DNA of 64,000 bases. Origin: Octopus bimaculoides (Eukaryota). How positions within the stretch are numbered: position 1 is the first letter of the stretch; every line of letters starts with the position of its first letter. A model generated the notes under the pieces. The model ran no database searches, had not been told where the DNA came from, and saw only the letters and a program-made list of their open reading frames with translations. The stretch lies in NCBI RefSeq assembly GCF_001194135.2, contig NC_068990.1, positions 79,672,821-79,736,820 on the forward strand. The letters run 5' to 3'. A program made the translations under genes and the position numbers. Below, in pieces: positions 1-10,411 of this stretch.

Positions 1-45
1 GAAACCGCGAGTCCGCTGCCCTAATCACTGGGCCATTGCGCCTCC
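1..45 (-). mobile_element. 5' tRNA-like head of SINE family A (cut by window edge)
   Basis: Reverse complement GGAGGCGCAATGGCCCAGTGATTAGGGCAGCGGACTCGCGGTTTC matches the heads of the copies at 12691 (-) and 26800 (+). Confidence 0.8.
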
Positions 46-1348
46 TCTCTTCCACTATACCCTTGGAAATGATTTGGGGTGGGGTGGGGGAGTTTTTGTA
101 TGAAAAAAATTTTTCACCCCACCTGTAGACTGATTTTGGCCATTTTTTTTGCGTTACATACTTAAAAATCATAGCCTTTTCGGTAAAAAAAAAAAATTTC
201 AGACGAAAGGGTGTGATTTAAGGAAGATTTAGCTGCTGTTTCGAGCACATCACGACCACCTAGTACCCTTCCTCTTTACTTTCTTGCTCCGACATGTATT
301 GATGTTTTTCTACCCATGAACATCTTTAAGCTATTAAAGTTATGAAAATTTGATTTTTCACCCCCTCCCTCATCGTTTCTGTTTATAATGTAAAAATATT
401 GGAGAGCCTCAGGTCATTGATGGGATTTATCCAGTTATTTACAAAAGGTATGTAACAATTTATTTTCTGTTAGTAATTTTTTTTTTCACACAGCTTCGCT
501 TGGTACGGAAGGAACTTTTTCCTGCAATGGACCATCTTTGGGCAAATTAAAACTCTTGTTTTAATTCTGCATCATCAATCCATAAGTTGTTTATGGGGAG
601 TAAAATATGGAAAAACATCAATAAATGTCAGAATGAGAAAGAAACTAGGAAGGTACCAGGTGGTCGTGCTATGTGCTAGAAACAACAGCTAAATCATTTG
701 CTGTACAGTTGTGATCCTTTCTGACAATTTGCGTAAGAGTCCGGGAGTTTTCAAAAAACAGTAAATTCTTTTTATTTGCCACTAGGGCCCAAACACAAAA
801 AATGACTATACAAAGGAAAAAAAATCAGTAACTAAAATCGCTAACAGAGCTGTTCACCTTTAAATACCCTGTAGTAGGCTCCAGCAGTCGAGTAANNNNN
901 NNNNNNNNNNNNNNNNNNNNNNNNNNNNNNNNNNNNNNNNNNNNNNNNNNNNNNNNNNNNNNNNNNNNNNNNNNNNNNNNNNNNNNNNNNNNNNNNNNNN
1001 NNNNNNNNNNNNNNNNNNNNNNNNNNNNNNNNNNNNNNNNNNNNNNNNNNNNNNNNNNNNNNNNNNNNNNNNNNNNNNNNNNNNNNNNNNNNNNNNNNNN
1101 NNNNNNNNNNNNNNNNNNNNNNNNNNNNNNNNNNNNNNNNNNNNNNNNNNNNNNNNNNNNNNNNNNNNNNNNNNNNNNNNNNNNNNNNNNNNNNNNNNNN
1201 NNNNNNNNNNNNNNNNNNNNNNNNNNNNNNNNNNNNNNNNNNNNNNNNNNNNNNNNNNNNNNNNNNNNNNNNNNNNNNNNNNNNNNNNNNNNNNNNNNNN
1301 NNNNNNNNNNNNNNNNNNNNNNNNNNNNNNNNNNNNNNNNNNNNNNNN

Positions 1349-1576
<228 letters not shown>

Positions 1577-1596
1577 ATCTTGTCTACCGAATTTAC

Positions 1597-1612
1597 GGTC
1601 CTTTTCAGGGCC
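1597..1612 (+). promoter_or_regulatory. Replication-dependent histone mRNA 3' stem-loop
   Basis: GGTCCT-TTTC-AGGGCC, 20 nt after the H2B stop; fits the 6-bp stem/4-nt loop consensus. Confidence 0.9.
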
Positions 1613-2839
1613 ATCCATATTCTCAAGATTGCACTTTTAATTTACTATACTGATTTGCGATTCTTCGATTAATTTCAAAAGGTAATTAGTATCGATTTCA
1701 CTTCGTATATTATATGATTTTCACCTGGAATAGTGATTCTGGGCATTTGTTTCCCTAATTTTACCGTTCATCCCCCTCACTGCGTCTACCGCGTGTACGG
1801 AGGTCTGGGATAGTACAGCCATAAAGTTATTCTATGTTTTGATAGATATTTGGGAACATTTTTGCAAAATTGTTCTACACGGAATTCATTTAATTGTCGG
1901 CGAAGGTAAAGGTAAGTTCACGGACCGCATCCGCTTTGGAATTTTTTTTAATTGGCGTTCTTTGATAACTCGAAATGGGAGAAGAAAGCTAATGGGTTGT
2001 GTGTGCGATGCATAGACATAACGAAATTATGCTAGCAATGTCTCATTTTAAACTTGAAGAAAAAAAGCCTTGCATATTTGTTCTTACCTGCTTCATGTGT
2101 GTTAGCAAAATCCGCAAATTTTCAAGCAGAAAACTGAATCGAAGTTAACAGAGGAACAAGCACGCACATCTTATTTTACTTCCTTAAGTCCCTTGCTTCG
2201 AAGGATTTCAATCTTCTGAAGCCTAGTACTTATTCTATCGGTCTCCTTCCGCGCCAGATTACGTGGACGTAAATACACTATCGGTTGCCAAATGATGGAT
2301 TAAAAATAAAATCTGCATTATCATTCCTATTAAATGTATTTAGGGAATTCCACTTTTGGTTGTATCATCATTCCATTAAATGTATTTAGGGAGAGAACAT
2401 TGGTAGTCAGATCAAAGATACGAGGAAGGTATGAGATGTGTTAAAAATAACAGCTAATTTATCCGTCTTTTCGCAATGTAGTTTCGCACCTCTCCTTGAA
2501 AAATGCATTTTTTTCGGATTCTATCCATCTCTTGATGCACATTTTATGCTTATTGAATTCAAAAAGTGGTTTCTTACATATTTGGAATCTGTTGTCGAAA
2601 ACAGGAACCCGCACAAAAAAAATCAGAAATGTCTTTGTGTGAGAGGTTCGCTGGAAAGGCGGAGTGAACCGAAAAAATTCCAGGTAAATGTGTTTCCGGA
2701 GATAAAAATATTGAAAAACCTCGTCAGTGAATCAGGTGGTCGTGAGATGTGCTAAAAATAGCAGCTAAATTGCTCTTACATAACCAATTTTTGTTCATAA
2801 TCTTGTGAATTCTTGCGTGTAGAGCACTCGCAAAAGTTT

Positions 2840-3310
2840 CCACACTTCAATATTCAATACATTTAAAATTGGAGTGGGGCAAGAGTTTAAATTCAGAAAA
2901 CTTTTTTTCTATATTCGTAATACTCCGACATGTAAAACCTAGGAATCCGAATAAACATAGGCAAACACAAATTCTTTTCACTTTAATGTTCTTGTCTATA
3001 TTTAATTTCGATTTAAATATGTTCGTCAATTCGCTACAATCTCTTCAAAGTAAACAAAATTAAAAATTTAAGTTCGGAGGGTTTAAATAAAAAAATATAT
3101 ATATTAGCATATTCGTAATCTCCGACAGCTAAAACTTAGGAATCCAGAAAGTGCACTTTACATACCTACTTTAATGAAATTTCCACACTTCAATATACAA
3201 TAAATACACTGAAAATGAGTGATGGATAAAATTAATTTTTTTTTCTTTGCATATTCGTAATCTCGTAATCTCCATGTAAAACCTAGGAATCCGAATAAAG
3301 TAAGGTGCGA
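2840..3310. repeat. Local duplication with three copies of the motif ATATTCGTAATCTCCGACATGTAAAACCTAGGAATCCGAA
   Basis: Copies near 2910-2955, 3108-3150 and 3250-3300; the flanking TTCCACACTTCAATAT is repeated at about 2838 and 3180. Confidence 0.7.
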
Positions 3311-3984
3311 TTCTACATTACCCCGAAAATTTATTATCAATTCCAGGGACAAAAAACTAGTCAGATTAGATTTCTAATAGGGGTGTTGTGGATTTCTGAA
3401 AGGATTGACAAAGGTATCTCAAGGAAAGAAAAAGGTTGAGATACTGTGCTCTAGACAATGGCATCGTAAAAAAAAAAAAAAAAAAAGTAAATCTGAAAAA
3501 TCCGCCAAAACGGAGGACAATTTGTGGGCCACCTATCATTGACGTCCGCCGAATTTATTTGCTTTCCCCCACCCCTGATTTTCAGTCATCTGTTATACAT
3601 GAAATTACTACTAAAAAATCTCTCAAAATTAAAATATGCGTTCATGGTCAAGGGAGCTGCTAAAAACAACAGTTAAACCCTATCGCACGTGTTAATTTTT
3701 TTCACTTCAAACCTGGTGCTTGCGTTGATGGTGAACTTGAACGAATCATGGCTTTTTATCCATTCAGATGTTTGCATGCGAGTTGAGAACTAATGACCCA
3801 ATTCCTATCAAATTGAATTTTATCTGCCGGTTTTTCATTTCCTAGACGTCACTCGAAAGACACCAAGATACTTAGTTACAATCAGCTGCAATATTTATCA
3901 GGGTGAGAGAAAAACAAAAACACCGTTTAATTTAGGAAAAGTACTGCTACGATAGAGTGTTTATCTCGTTACTTTTCTTCTATA

Positions 3985-4145
3985 AATTCTTTTACATGTT
4001 TCAGTCATTTGACTGCGGTCAAGCAGGGGACAAACATGTATCTACGACGGGCATCTTTCAGTTTCCGTCTACCCGAGGCTATAGAAGACATTTCGCCCAA
4101 GGTACCACGTAGTGAGACTGAACCCAGAACCATGTGGTTGGGAAC
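3985..4145 (-). mobile_element. SINE family C, internally deleted copy
   Basis: Contains TTTCAGTCATTTGACTGCGG and CTTTCAGTTTCCGTCTAC...CTATAGAAGACATTTCGCCCAAGGT, blocks similar to 18145-18390 and 20509-20730. Confidence 0.6.
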
Positions 4146-4251
4146 GACTGTACATATATATACGCCATGAGGAAGTTTAATTGGCCTAAGCTATATGAAA
4201 GAATCACAAATCAGTATAGTAAATTAAAAGTACAATCTTGAGAATATGGAT

Positions 4252-4267
4252 GGCCCTGAAAAGGACC
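4252..4267 (-). promoter_or_regulatory. Histone mRNA 3' stem-loop of the second H2B
   Basis: GGCCCTGAAAAGGACC on + reads GGTCCTTTTCAGGGCC on -. Confidence 0.9.
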
Positions 4268-4287
4268 GTAAATTCGGTAGACAAGAT

Positions 4288-4583
4288 TTACTTGCTGCTA
4301 GTATATTTGGTAACAGCCTTGGTACCTTCGGACACGGCATGCTTGGCCAACTCACCGGGGAGAAGCAAACGGACAGCGGTCTGAACCTCACGGCTACTGA
4401 TGGTCGAACGTTTGTTGTAGTGAGCCAAACGGCTAGACTCAGAAGCTATTCTTTCGAACAGATCGTTGACAAAGCTGTTCATGATAGACATAGCTTTGCT
4501 GGAGATACCAGTGTCGGGGTGGACTTGTTTCATTACTTTGTAGATGTAGATGGAATAACTTTCCTTCCTCTTCTTCTTGCGTT
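4288..4583 (-). CDS. H2B: Histone H2B (divergent variant); start codon and N-tail lie in the N-gap 4584-4723
   Basis: [97 protein letters not shown]. Confidence 0.95.
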
Positions 4584-4743
4584 NNNNNNNNNNNNNNNNN
4601 NNNNNNNNNNNNNNNNNNNNNNNNNNNNNNNNNNNNNNNNNNNNNNNNNNNNNNNNNNNNNNNNNNNNNNNNNNNNNNNNNNNNNNNNNNNNNNNNNNNN
4701 NNNNNNNNNNNNNNNNNNNNNNNAATTCGCGCCATTCATTTTC

Positions 4744-4855
4744 ATTGGTGGAATTTGACAATTAATAGTCACGTGATAAAAACTCTCTTACTCGACTGCT
4801 GGAGCCTACTACAGGGTATTTAAAGGTGAACAGCTCTGTTAGCGATTTTAGTTAC
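4744..4855. promoter_or_regulatory. Probable bidirectional H2B/H2A promoter
   Basis: ATTGG (CCAAT on -) at 4744-4748, CACGTG at 4770-4775, TATTTAAA at 4817-4824 and an Inr-like TTAGTT about 30 nt downstream, between the divergent H2B and H2A. Confidence 0.6.
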
Positions 4856-5111
4856 TGATTTTTTTCCCTTGTATAGTCATTTTTTGTGTTTGGGCCCTAG
4901 TGGCAAATAAAGAAAAGAATTTACTGTTTTTTGAAAACTCCCGGACTCTTACGCGAATTGTCAGAAAGGATCACAACTGTACAGCAAGTGATTTAGCTGT
5001 TGTTTCTAGCACATAGCACGACCACCTGGTACCTTCCTAGTTTCTTTCTCATTAGTGGTAAACAAAGAAAAGAATTTACTGTTTTTTGAAGATTCCTATC
5101 GAACTTTGAAA

Positions 5112-5416
5112 ATGTCTGGACGTAGTAAAGGAGGTAAGGTGAAGGGAAAGAGCAAGACCCCGCTTATACCGTGCTGGACTTCAGTTTCCTGTTGGCCGGA
5201 GTCCCAGTCTACTTGGCCGCTGTAATGGAATATTCAGCTGCCGAGGTGTTGGAATTGGCAGGAAATGCTACAAGAGACAATAAGAAATCGAGAATTATTC
5301 CCCGTCATTTGCAATTAGCTATCCGCAATGACGAAGAATTAAACAAACTTTTGTCTGGAGTAACCATTGCTCAAGGTGGTGTTCTTCCCAAGAAGACTCA
5401 GAAACCTTCCAAGTAA
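5112..5416 (+). pseudogene. H2A: Histone H2A pseudogene
   Basis: [16 protein letters not shown], then +1 C at about 5160, [12 protein letters not shown], deletion of the IHRLLRKGNYAERVG region, [24 protein letters not shown]...GGVLP, loss of NIQAVLLP, then KKTQKPSK*. Stem-loop GGTCCTTTTCAGGTCT (5458-5473) is damaged. Confidence 0.92.
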
Positions 5417-5646
5417 ATATATTTCTTACGGTGGCATTTTGCTGTGTCCGTATCAGCGGTCCTTTTCAGGTCTTCTCACACCTTACGTTTTTGTCTTCTC
5501 TCGTCTTTCATTCGCAGCGATTTTTAGTTTAATCTACTGGAGATTTTTCGGCGGATTTCTGCCAAGGGGTATTTAGCTCTTGAGCACATTTCACGATCAC
5601 CTCATACAATCTTCGTTTGTTAGTCACTCTGACGTATAAAATGTTT

Positions 5647-6014
5647 GGTAGAGATGGACTATATGTAATCTGAACCTTTCCCCCACTTATTTATTAATTT
5701 TTTTAGGCTATCGAGATTCCGATTCTGAAAAAAATTTTTTTGAAAAATTTCAATTACCCCCCCCCACCAAGCAGGCTATTTACATGCTAGAAATAACAGC
5801 CAAATCTCACAAAACTAGTGTTAGGGTTAGGGTTAGGTTTACCCTGTGGATCTATATAAAAACCGGGGGGGAGGATCGAAATTTTGAAATTGAGATTTTT
5901 GAAATTTTTTTTCCAGAATCGGATTCTCCATGGTCTGAAACATAGGATTCCGTAAAAAAAACAAAATTTAAAAGGGTGGGGGTATACCCAGATTACATAT
6001 ACTCCATCTCCACC
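5647..6014 (+). mobile_element. MITE family M1 copy 1 (Merlin-type termini)
   Basis: GG...CC ends, long imperfect TIRs (GATGGACTATATGTAATCTG...CAGATTACATATACTCCATC), 8-bp TSD AAATGTTT (5639-5646, 6015-6022), internal GTTAGGGTTAGGGTTAGG. Confidence 0.85.
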
Positions 6015-6883
6015 AAATGTTTTTCAAAAACTTTCTTCCCGTAAATACATTTAATTGTTTATTGCTGGGATTTAAGTAAAAAGATTCGGGCGAGCAGAAT
6101 TCCGCTCAAGTTTTTAATAATCGTTTTCGAAGTAACTCTACATCATCGAAAACATTACATATATGTATTCCAAAATATATGTAAATTTTCATTAAAAGGC
6201 GGTCTTTCGGAATAGCTGTCACAAATAAAATTGAATTTGGAACTGTGGAGGTGTGGTTCCAAGATGCAGTGCCTGCCAGGCTACACTCAACAACCCCTTT
6301 AAAAACGGAGGAGGTAGTGCTTCTACCCATATACTTTGGAAGGCATACTTCCAAGGTAAGGGTAGAAGACACCCACAGAAATAGACGTGGCCTGGCTGGT
6401 GAATGCTACCCTGCTGGGCTTGGAAGAGAAGGTGGTGATCATCCAAGCCACTTGTACTGCCCATAAGAAATGGCAGGGGCAAGATCTCAATATGATGATC
6501 CAAGCCGTCCTGGAGGACCTAGAAAAAATAACGGAAACTGATGGTTGAAGGGTTAGATGGAGGGTAGTATCCCTCGGTGTTACAAAAGTGGCCAAAAGGG
6601 TCATATTAGGGTAGACTGTCCTCCACCACCTGCAGAAATAGAAGCCAAGCCCCTGAGCAGGAAGGAAGCTGCATCTTTGACTCCAGCAGAAGCAGAGGTA
6701 GGCAAGAACAAGGAAGATGATGGATGGGGAAAAAAAGAAAAAGAAAGTAAAGGAAGAAGACAGCCTATGAGTGATGAATCCCATCCTACACCCACCCAAC
6801 ACAGAAAAAAATGGAGCACATGTGCACAAGAACCCCAAACTTCCCAACCCCTGCCCTGTGAGGAAAGAAGGGAAAAAGAGAAG

Positions 6884-7078
6884 GGTACTACTAAAGCAGC
6901 GCGGACCCGAACGCGCAGTCGCACGTCCGCGCTAGCTAGTCTTGAGTGGTCGATCCTAACCCTAACTCGCGTGTGCAAATGAATACGTGTTTAGGGTTAG
7001 GGTTAGGATCGACCACTCACGACTAGCTAGCGCGGACGCGCGACTGCGCGTTTGGGTCCGCGCTGCCTTAGTAGTACC
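6884..7078. mobile_element. MITE family M2, 195-bp near-perfect hairpin (Merlin-type termini)
   Basis: About 80-bp TIRs starting GGTACTACTAA and ending TTAGTAGTACC, 9-bp TSD AAAGAGAAG (6875-6883, 7079-7087); inner TIR ends are CCTAACCCTAAC / GTTAGGGTTAGG. Confidence 0.88.
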
Positions 7079-7676
7079 AAAGAGAAGTACACACGTATCC
7101 ACAATAAATTAATAAAGGACTGAACCAGTGCGTGTGTTTATTACCGGCATAATGCCTCTCCCAAGGTTTAATTGTATTTCTTTCAACACGTATCCATATC
7201 AAGAATCTTGCACACGAAATACACATACAAGAGAAGTACATCGTTTTTTATGATGAGACAAATGCCAGGCTTATAAATGAAATTCATTGCTGGGACAAAA
7301 TAATATGGGTGAACATGTATCTTTGTGATGTGGTACCCAGGAATTTGGGTTGCATTATAATCGATCACCATATATACAGAACAACTAAAACAATATGAAG
7401 AGAATGTTAAATATGTGGCCAGGAACATAGATACCAGTGAGATGTCCACCAGACATTGATGCTATAGCTACAAACACACAGGAGCCCCAAATTTCCCAAC
7501 CCTCACCCTGTGAAAAAGTTGCATTGTTTTTTTACAATGAGGCACTTGATGAGTTGTGTGAGGAAATAAACAATCTGGATGAGTCGATAAAAGTCGCTAT
7601 TGAAGGGTGTGAAGGAGTGCTTTCGCAAGTTAAATGTGTATTAATGGACAGAAAGAACTTGCAAAGATTAAGTGAG

Positions 7677-8104
7677 GGTCCAGATGAACTATATGTAATC
7701 TGAACCTTTTCCCCCTTATTTTTTTTTTTTTATACGGAGTCTCACGTTTTAGGCTATGGAGATTACGATTCTGAAAAAAAATTTTCAAAAATCTCAATTT
7801 CAAAATTTCGATTCCCCCCCCCCCNNNNNNNNNNNNNNNNNNNNNNNNCCCCCCCCGTTTTTTATATAGATCCACAGGGTAAACCTAACCCTAACTCAAA
7901 CCCTAAACCTAACACTAGTTTTGTGAGATTTGGCTGTTATTTCTAGCATGTAAATAGCCTGCTTGGTGGGGGGGGGGCATTGAAATTTTTCCAAAAATTT
8001 TTTTTCAGAATCGGAATCTCGATAGCCTAAAACGTGGGATTCCGTAAAAAAAATTAATAAATAAGGGTTGGAAAGGTTCAGATTACATATAGTCCGTCTC
8101 TACC
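7677..8104 (-). mobile_element. MITE family M1 copy 2 (inverted relative to copy 1)
   Basis: Reverse complement aligns with 5647-6014; own 8-bp TSD TAAGTGAG (7669-7676, 8105-8112). Confidence 0.85.
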
Positions 8105-8428
8105 TAAGTGAGGATTACAGGAGAAATGTCATTATCACACAAAAGGAAATTGATATCAGGGGGATGCAGTCAATGCTAAGCTATCATGAACTTTTAAAAG
8201 AATTTAATATGCACATATTAAGTAATTATTAAGTCATCAATTGTTTTTAAAAAATTTCAGTGAGGTCACTTGGATTGTGGAGTCTGAGTGGCCTCCATTC
8301 ATTTTTTATACCATCATTCTCATTTGCTTTTTTTTTTTCTACTTTTGTGTTTTTGTCCATCTTTGTACTGTCCCTCTATGTTTAGCCCCCTGTGGGCAAT
8401 AAAGAAATTGCTGTTATAATCATCTGAA

Positions 8429-9508
8429 ATGAAACTGTCAAAGCGTAATATTTGAGAAGTTTTGCTATTCAACTTCAAAAAAGGATGTAGAGCTGCTGAA
8501 ACTGCTCACGATATCAGCAAAACATTTGGTGAGGAAATGACTAGCGAGTGGTTAGCTCAAAAGTGGTTTAAACGATTTTGCAGTGGAGTCCTAAGTGTTG
8601 AAGATCATGAGCATAGTGGATGTCCATCTGTCATCGATGATGGTCAATTAAAGACTGTCATTGAGAAAGATCCATGTAAAACCACTCAAGAACTGGCAAA
8701 AGAACTTCAAGGTAGCCAGAAAACTGCCTGCAACCATTTGCATGCAATTGGAAAATCAAAAAAGATCGACAAATAGGCACAGCATGATTTGAATGAAAAT
8801 CAAAAAATGCACAGATATGAAATTTGCTTGTTGCTTCTTCTCTGTAATCAGACTGATCCATTTCTTGACCATATTGTAGCTTGTGATAAAAAGTGGATTC
8901 TGTACAATAATAAAAAAACATTTTTCACAGGGGTTGAACCAAAATGAAGTACTGAAAACCTTTCCTAAACCTGAGTTCTTCAAAAAAGAAGGTTATAGTG
9001 ACTGCTTGGTGATGTACAACTGGGCTCATCCACTATAACTTCTTAAAACCTGGAAAAATCATTACTGCAGAAACGTATTGCCAAAATGAATGAAAAACTG
9101 CAACTTCTCCATCCCAGACTGGTCAACAGAAGAGGGCCATTCATTCTTCATGACAATGCTTGACCACAGGTTTCACTAATGATGCTCCAGAAGTTTAGGG
9201 AACTTGGCTATGAAGTTCTTCCCCAGACCTTTCTCCTACCGACTACTTTTTCAAGCACCTTGATGGTCCCCTGTGAGAGAAGGAGTTAAAAAAATCAAAC
9301 CAATGCTGAAAGTGTGTTCAAAGAGTTCATCAGCTCCAGAACTCCAGATTTTTATGTTACCAGAATAAACAAACTTGTAACTTGTTGGCAAAAATGTGTT
9401 GATTGTAATGGTACTTACTTTGATGAATAATATTTCTGCATTGTTGAAATATATTGTGACGAATTTCAGGTTTTGAAATGTTGCTTACTTTTTACTCAGC
9501 CTGATATA
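8429..9508 (+). mobile_element. Mariner transposon, transposase pseudogene with 3' TIR
   Basis: HTH-like ORF 8462-8776; catalytic motifs DKKWILY, HDNA, PDLSPTDY; C-terminus WQKCVDCNGTYFDE* at 9430; stops and frameshifts; TIR-like end TTACTCAGCCTGATA+TA. Confidence 0.9.
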
Positions 9509-10411
9509 TTATTTCTCGTACATCAGTTAATGGGTCTAATATTAATGATTGCCATTTAAAACTAATGTAGCTGAATTTCCCAAGAATGAGAACAGAAATT
9601 ATCTTTCCCTGATGGAAGTTATTTAACATTATATCGTTTGTCTCTTCAATACAAAATCAACTTTAAATATATTTGGCAGTGTTTCTACCACTCTCAGTTT
9701 ATCCATCCTCTCAAAAGGAGATAATTCTGATCTTATTGAAGTTGGCTCCCTTGTTTACTATGTACGAACTAAGTGTTAACCATCATATGAAAGGTAATAT
9801 TAGGAACATAATTTTGCTGTTGTTGATAACATCTGACGATGAATGAATGGTTAAACAATAATTTTGTTATTGATAAAATATATTTATTGAAAATGTACGA
9901 ATGAGAAATTCATTTTTATTTAATTTAATAAACAATTTATTCTGTAAATTAGTATTCATTTCATTATTTTGTATAATCATGAAATTTGAAAAAGAAATTG
10001 AGTAGCTAAACTTTAACATTGAACTAGTAACTACCTAAGGTAATTTTAATCAGCAGGTAAAAATAAGATATTGGCATAATAATGATATCACAATCCTGTA
10101 ATTTAAAATAAATAACAATGAACAGACCGCAGAAAATAAATGCCAACATGTATCACAAAGATAATTTTCTCTAAAATCAGTATTCTACTGTGGATTACAA
10201 GTGTAACCTTACTTCACACTGAATAATTCTCCACATGTAGTTTCTAGTCCACATGATTACAATTCACAAAAAAATATTTCCCATATAAATATAAAGCAAG
10301 ATGAAAATTCAAAGAGAATGATTTCTGATGTATTTCACCATGATAAATGTTCTCAAATGTGTACTTGTTGGTGGACTATATAAGTTTACTTTCATAAAAG
10401 GATTCCACATT

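Larger units (their letters stand above)
4199..5053. repeat. Right arm of the inverted H2B duplication
   Basis: Reverse complement of 632-1665. Confidence 0.92.
6190..8410 (+). mobile_element. Decayed non-LTR retroelement: gag-like ORF1 with a degenerate zinc knuckle, interrupted by two MITEs, ending in a 3' UTR with AATAAA
   Basis: Frameshifted reading ...SFGIAVTNKIEFGTVEVWFQ...VLLPIYFGRHTSKVRVE / EIDVAWLV...; knuckle-like CYKSGQKGHIRVDC at about 6577-6618; the ORF at 7437 resumes after the M1 insertion and stops near 8230; 3' end CCCCTGTGGGCAATAAAGAAAT. Confidence 0.6.

Noticed and set aside
4724-4772. ATGs upstream of the gap (MARI..., MSNSTNE..., MTINC...) as the H2B start
   Set aside because: Frame across a gap of estimated size is meaningless, and this stretch contains CCAAT and E-box motifs, so it is more likely promoter
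5818-7010. TTAGGG tracts as a chromosome end or telomere-healing site
   Set aside because: Only 2-3 units each, and all lie inside MITEs with TSDs
5647-8104. One large 2.4-kb transposon with 400-bp TIRs
   Set aside because: Each arm has its own distinct 8-bp TSD, showing independent insertions
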